The notes beneath the pieces are model-generated. The model made no database searches and was not told the origin of the DNA. It was given only the letters and a program-made list of their open reading frames with translations. Below are positions 41,058 through 42,524 of a stretch of 42,524 nucleotides of DNA, one piece after another. This DNA is from Thiobacillaceae bacterium. Its GTDB lineage: Bacteria > Pseudomonadota > Gammaproteobacteria > Burkholderiales > Thiobacillaceae. The stretch covers positions 1-42,524 of the forward strand of contig JAYVLR010000055.1 in assembly GCA_043759395.1 (NCBI GenBank). The letters run 5' to 3'. Position 1 is the first letter of the stretch. Every line of letters begins with the position of its first letter. A program made the translations under genes and the position numbers.

Positions 41058-41217
41058 GTATCCGGATCCCTTTCCGTAATCAATCTGAGAGCTTAACATA
41101 TTTTTGCCCGGATTATAAATTTATTAATGCAAACAATGGGTTGGGTGTTTCGCATACGCGACCATATCGAATCATAACGGACGAGCCTGTATAAACTTGA
41201 ATACCCCAGAGAGCACG

Positions 41218-42408
41218 ATGCAACACAACATGCAGGAAATACGACGTGGCAGTGATGAATTGTTGCTGGAAGAAGAGTTGAAAGCCAAGCTTGCGACGGG
41301 TCGTTCGTTACGCATTAAAGCGGGGTTTGACCCCACTGCCCCGGATTTGCATCTGGGGCATACCGTCCTGCTGAACAAATTACGGCAATTTCAGGAGTTG
41401 GGGCATACGGCATTATTCCTGATCGGGGATTTTACCGGCATGATTGGTGACCCGACGGGGAAAAACACCACGCGCCCACCGTTGACACGTGAAGCAGTAG
41501 TGGAAAACGCCAGAAGCTACACCGAACAGGTGTTCAAGGTACTGAAACCTGAGCAAACCGAGGTGGTGTTTAACTCGACCTGGATGGATAAGTTTGGTGC
41601 TGTGGATATGATCCGGTTGGCGGCCACTCATACCGTAGCACGGATGCTGGAGCGGAATGATTTCCACAAACGCTATACCAGTCATCAACCTATTGCGCTC
41701 CATGAATTTCTCTATCCGCTGATACAAGGGTATGACTCGGTTGCGCTGAAAGCCGATGTTGAGCTGGGCGGCACCGACCAGAAATTCAACTTGCTGATGG
41801 GACGTGAGCTGCAAAAGCAACATGGTCAAGCACCGCAGGTCGTGCTGACCATGCCACTGCTCGAGGGGCTGGACGGCGTGAACAAAATGTCCAAGTCACT
41901 AGGCAATTACATTGGCATCAACGAGCCACCGCAAGAGATTTTTGGCAAGATCATGTCTGTGTCGGATGATTTGATGTGGCGCTACATTCATTTGTTGTCG
42001 TTTGAGTCCTTGCAAACAATTGAGTTGTGGAAGCAGCAGGTTGCAGCAGGCTGCAACCCCCGCGACATCAAGGTGCGTTTTGCGCAAGAAATTGTGACGC
42101 GCTTTCATCATCAGGCCGCAGCAAAACAGGCTTTGGAAGCGTTTGAGGCGCGCTTCCAGAAAGGTGCGATGCCTGAGGAAATGACAGAGTTAAGCTTACA
42201 GTCGGTGAATGGCGTATTACTCGTCCCGCAACTTTTAAAATTGGCGGGATTGGTCGCCAGCACCTCTGATGCCATCCGACAAATCGCAGGCGGTGGAGTC
42301 AAACTGGACGGTGAGCGAGTGGCCGACAAGAGTGTCGCCGTGCCCATAGGAGTAACGGTTGTTGCGCAAGTCGGCAAGCGTAAATTTGCTCGTGTCACAA
42401 TTATTTAA
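41218..42408 (+). CDS. tyrS: Tyrosyl-tRNA synthetase
   Basis: [19 protein letters not shown]-terminal S4 domain; start ATG 41218 or TTG 41197. Confidence 0.98.
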   Translation: MQHNMQEIRRGSDELLLEEELKAKLATGRSLRIKAGFDPTAPDLHLGHTVLLNKLRQFQELGHTALFLIGDFTGMIGDPTGKNTTRPPLTREAVVENARSYTEQVFKVLKPEQTEVVFNSTWMDKFGAVDMIRLAATHTVARMLERNDFHKRYTSHQPIALHEFLYPLIQGYDSVALKADVELGGTDQKFNLLMGRELQKQHGQAPQVVLTMPLLEGLDGVNKMSKSLGNYIGINEPPQEIFGKIMSVSDDLMWRYIHLLSFESLQTIELWKQQVAAGCNPRDIKVRFAQEIVTRFHHQAAAKQALEAFEARFQKGAMPEEMTELSLQSVNGVLLVPQLLKLAGLVASTSDAIRQIAGGGVKLDGERVADKSVAVPIGVTVVAQVGKRKFARVTII

Positions 42409-42463
42409 AAATAAATCACCAAAGCTGTTGACGCGCACTGGGGTATCTGTAGAATGCGCACCT
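42403..42463 (+). promoter_or_regulatory. rRNA-operon-type promoter
   Basis: AT-rich UP-like tract, TTGACG (42428-42433)-16 bp-TAGAAT (42450-42455), GC-rich discriminator GCGCACC. Confidence 0.75.
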
Positions 42464-42505
42464 TCTCGAAAGGGACTGTACGAAGTTTGTGTAGTTTTAA
42501 TTGAT

Positions 42506-42518
42506 TGATCTTTAACAA
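42506..42518 (+). promoter_or_regulatory. rrn antitermination boxA
   Basis: TGATCTTTAACAA vs consensus TGCTCTTTAACA; implies a 16S rRNA gene just beyond the window. Confidence 0.75.
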
Positions 42519-42524
42519 TTTACA

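Noticed and set aside
42464-42524. 16S rRNA gene
   Set aside because: Only the promoter, leader and boxA are inside the window; no mature rRNA sequence is present

Overview
42.5 kb of a betaproteobacterial chromosome (Thiobacillus/Nitrosomonadales-like by gene order; inference). Most of it is housekeeping: pip, ndk-rlmN-pilW-rodZ-ispG-hisS-yfgM-bamB-der, fpr, carAB-greA, ribD-nrdR-glyA, rplM-rpsI-argC-erpA and anmK-M23 peptidase-tyrS, ending in an rRNA-operon-type promoter and boxA. The main accessory block is a 9.4 kb cellulose locus after der, ordered bcsB-bcsZ-[450 bp gap with a small ORF]-bcsC-bcsA-bcsG. It keeps the phosphoethanolamine transferase BcsG, but no bcsE/F/Q/R is recognisable. 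It has a much shortened BcsC, a 49-aa ORF coupled to bcsC, and sigma54-like -24/-12 motifs ahead of both halves. The window also carries several palindromic elements: two MITE/REP-like elements before ispG, a 30-bp hairpin before hisS, and an in-frame 81-bp palindromic insertion in pip. A carA leader hairpin and a degraded K+ channel gene are also present. No CRISPR array, tRNA, integrase or transposase was seen. All calls come from reading motifs by eye; no searches were run.
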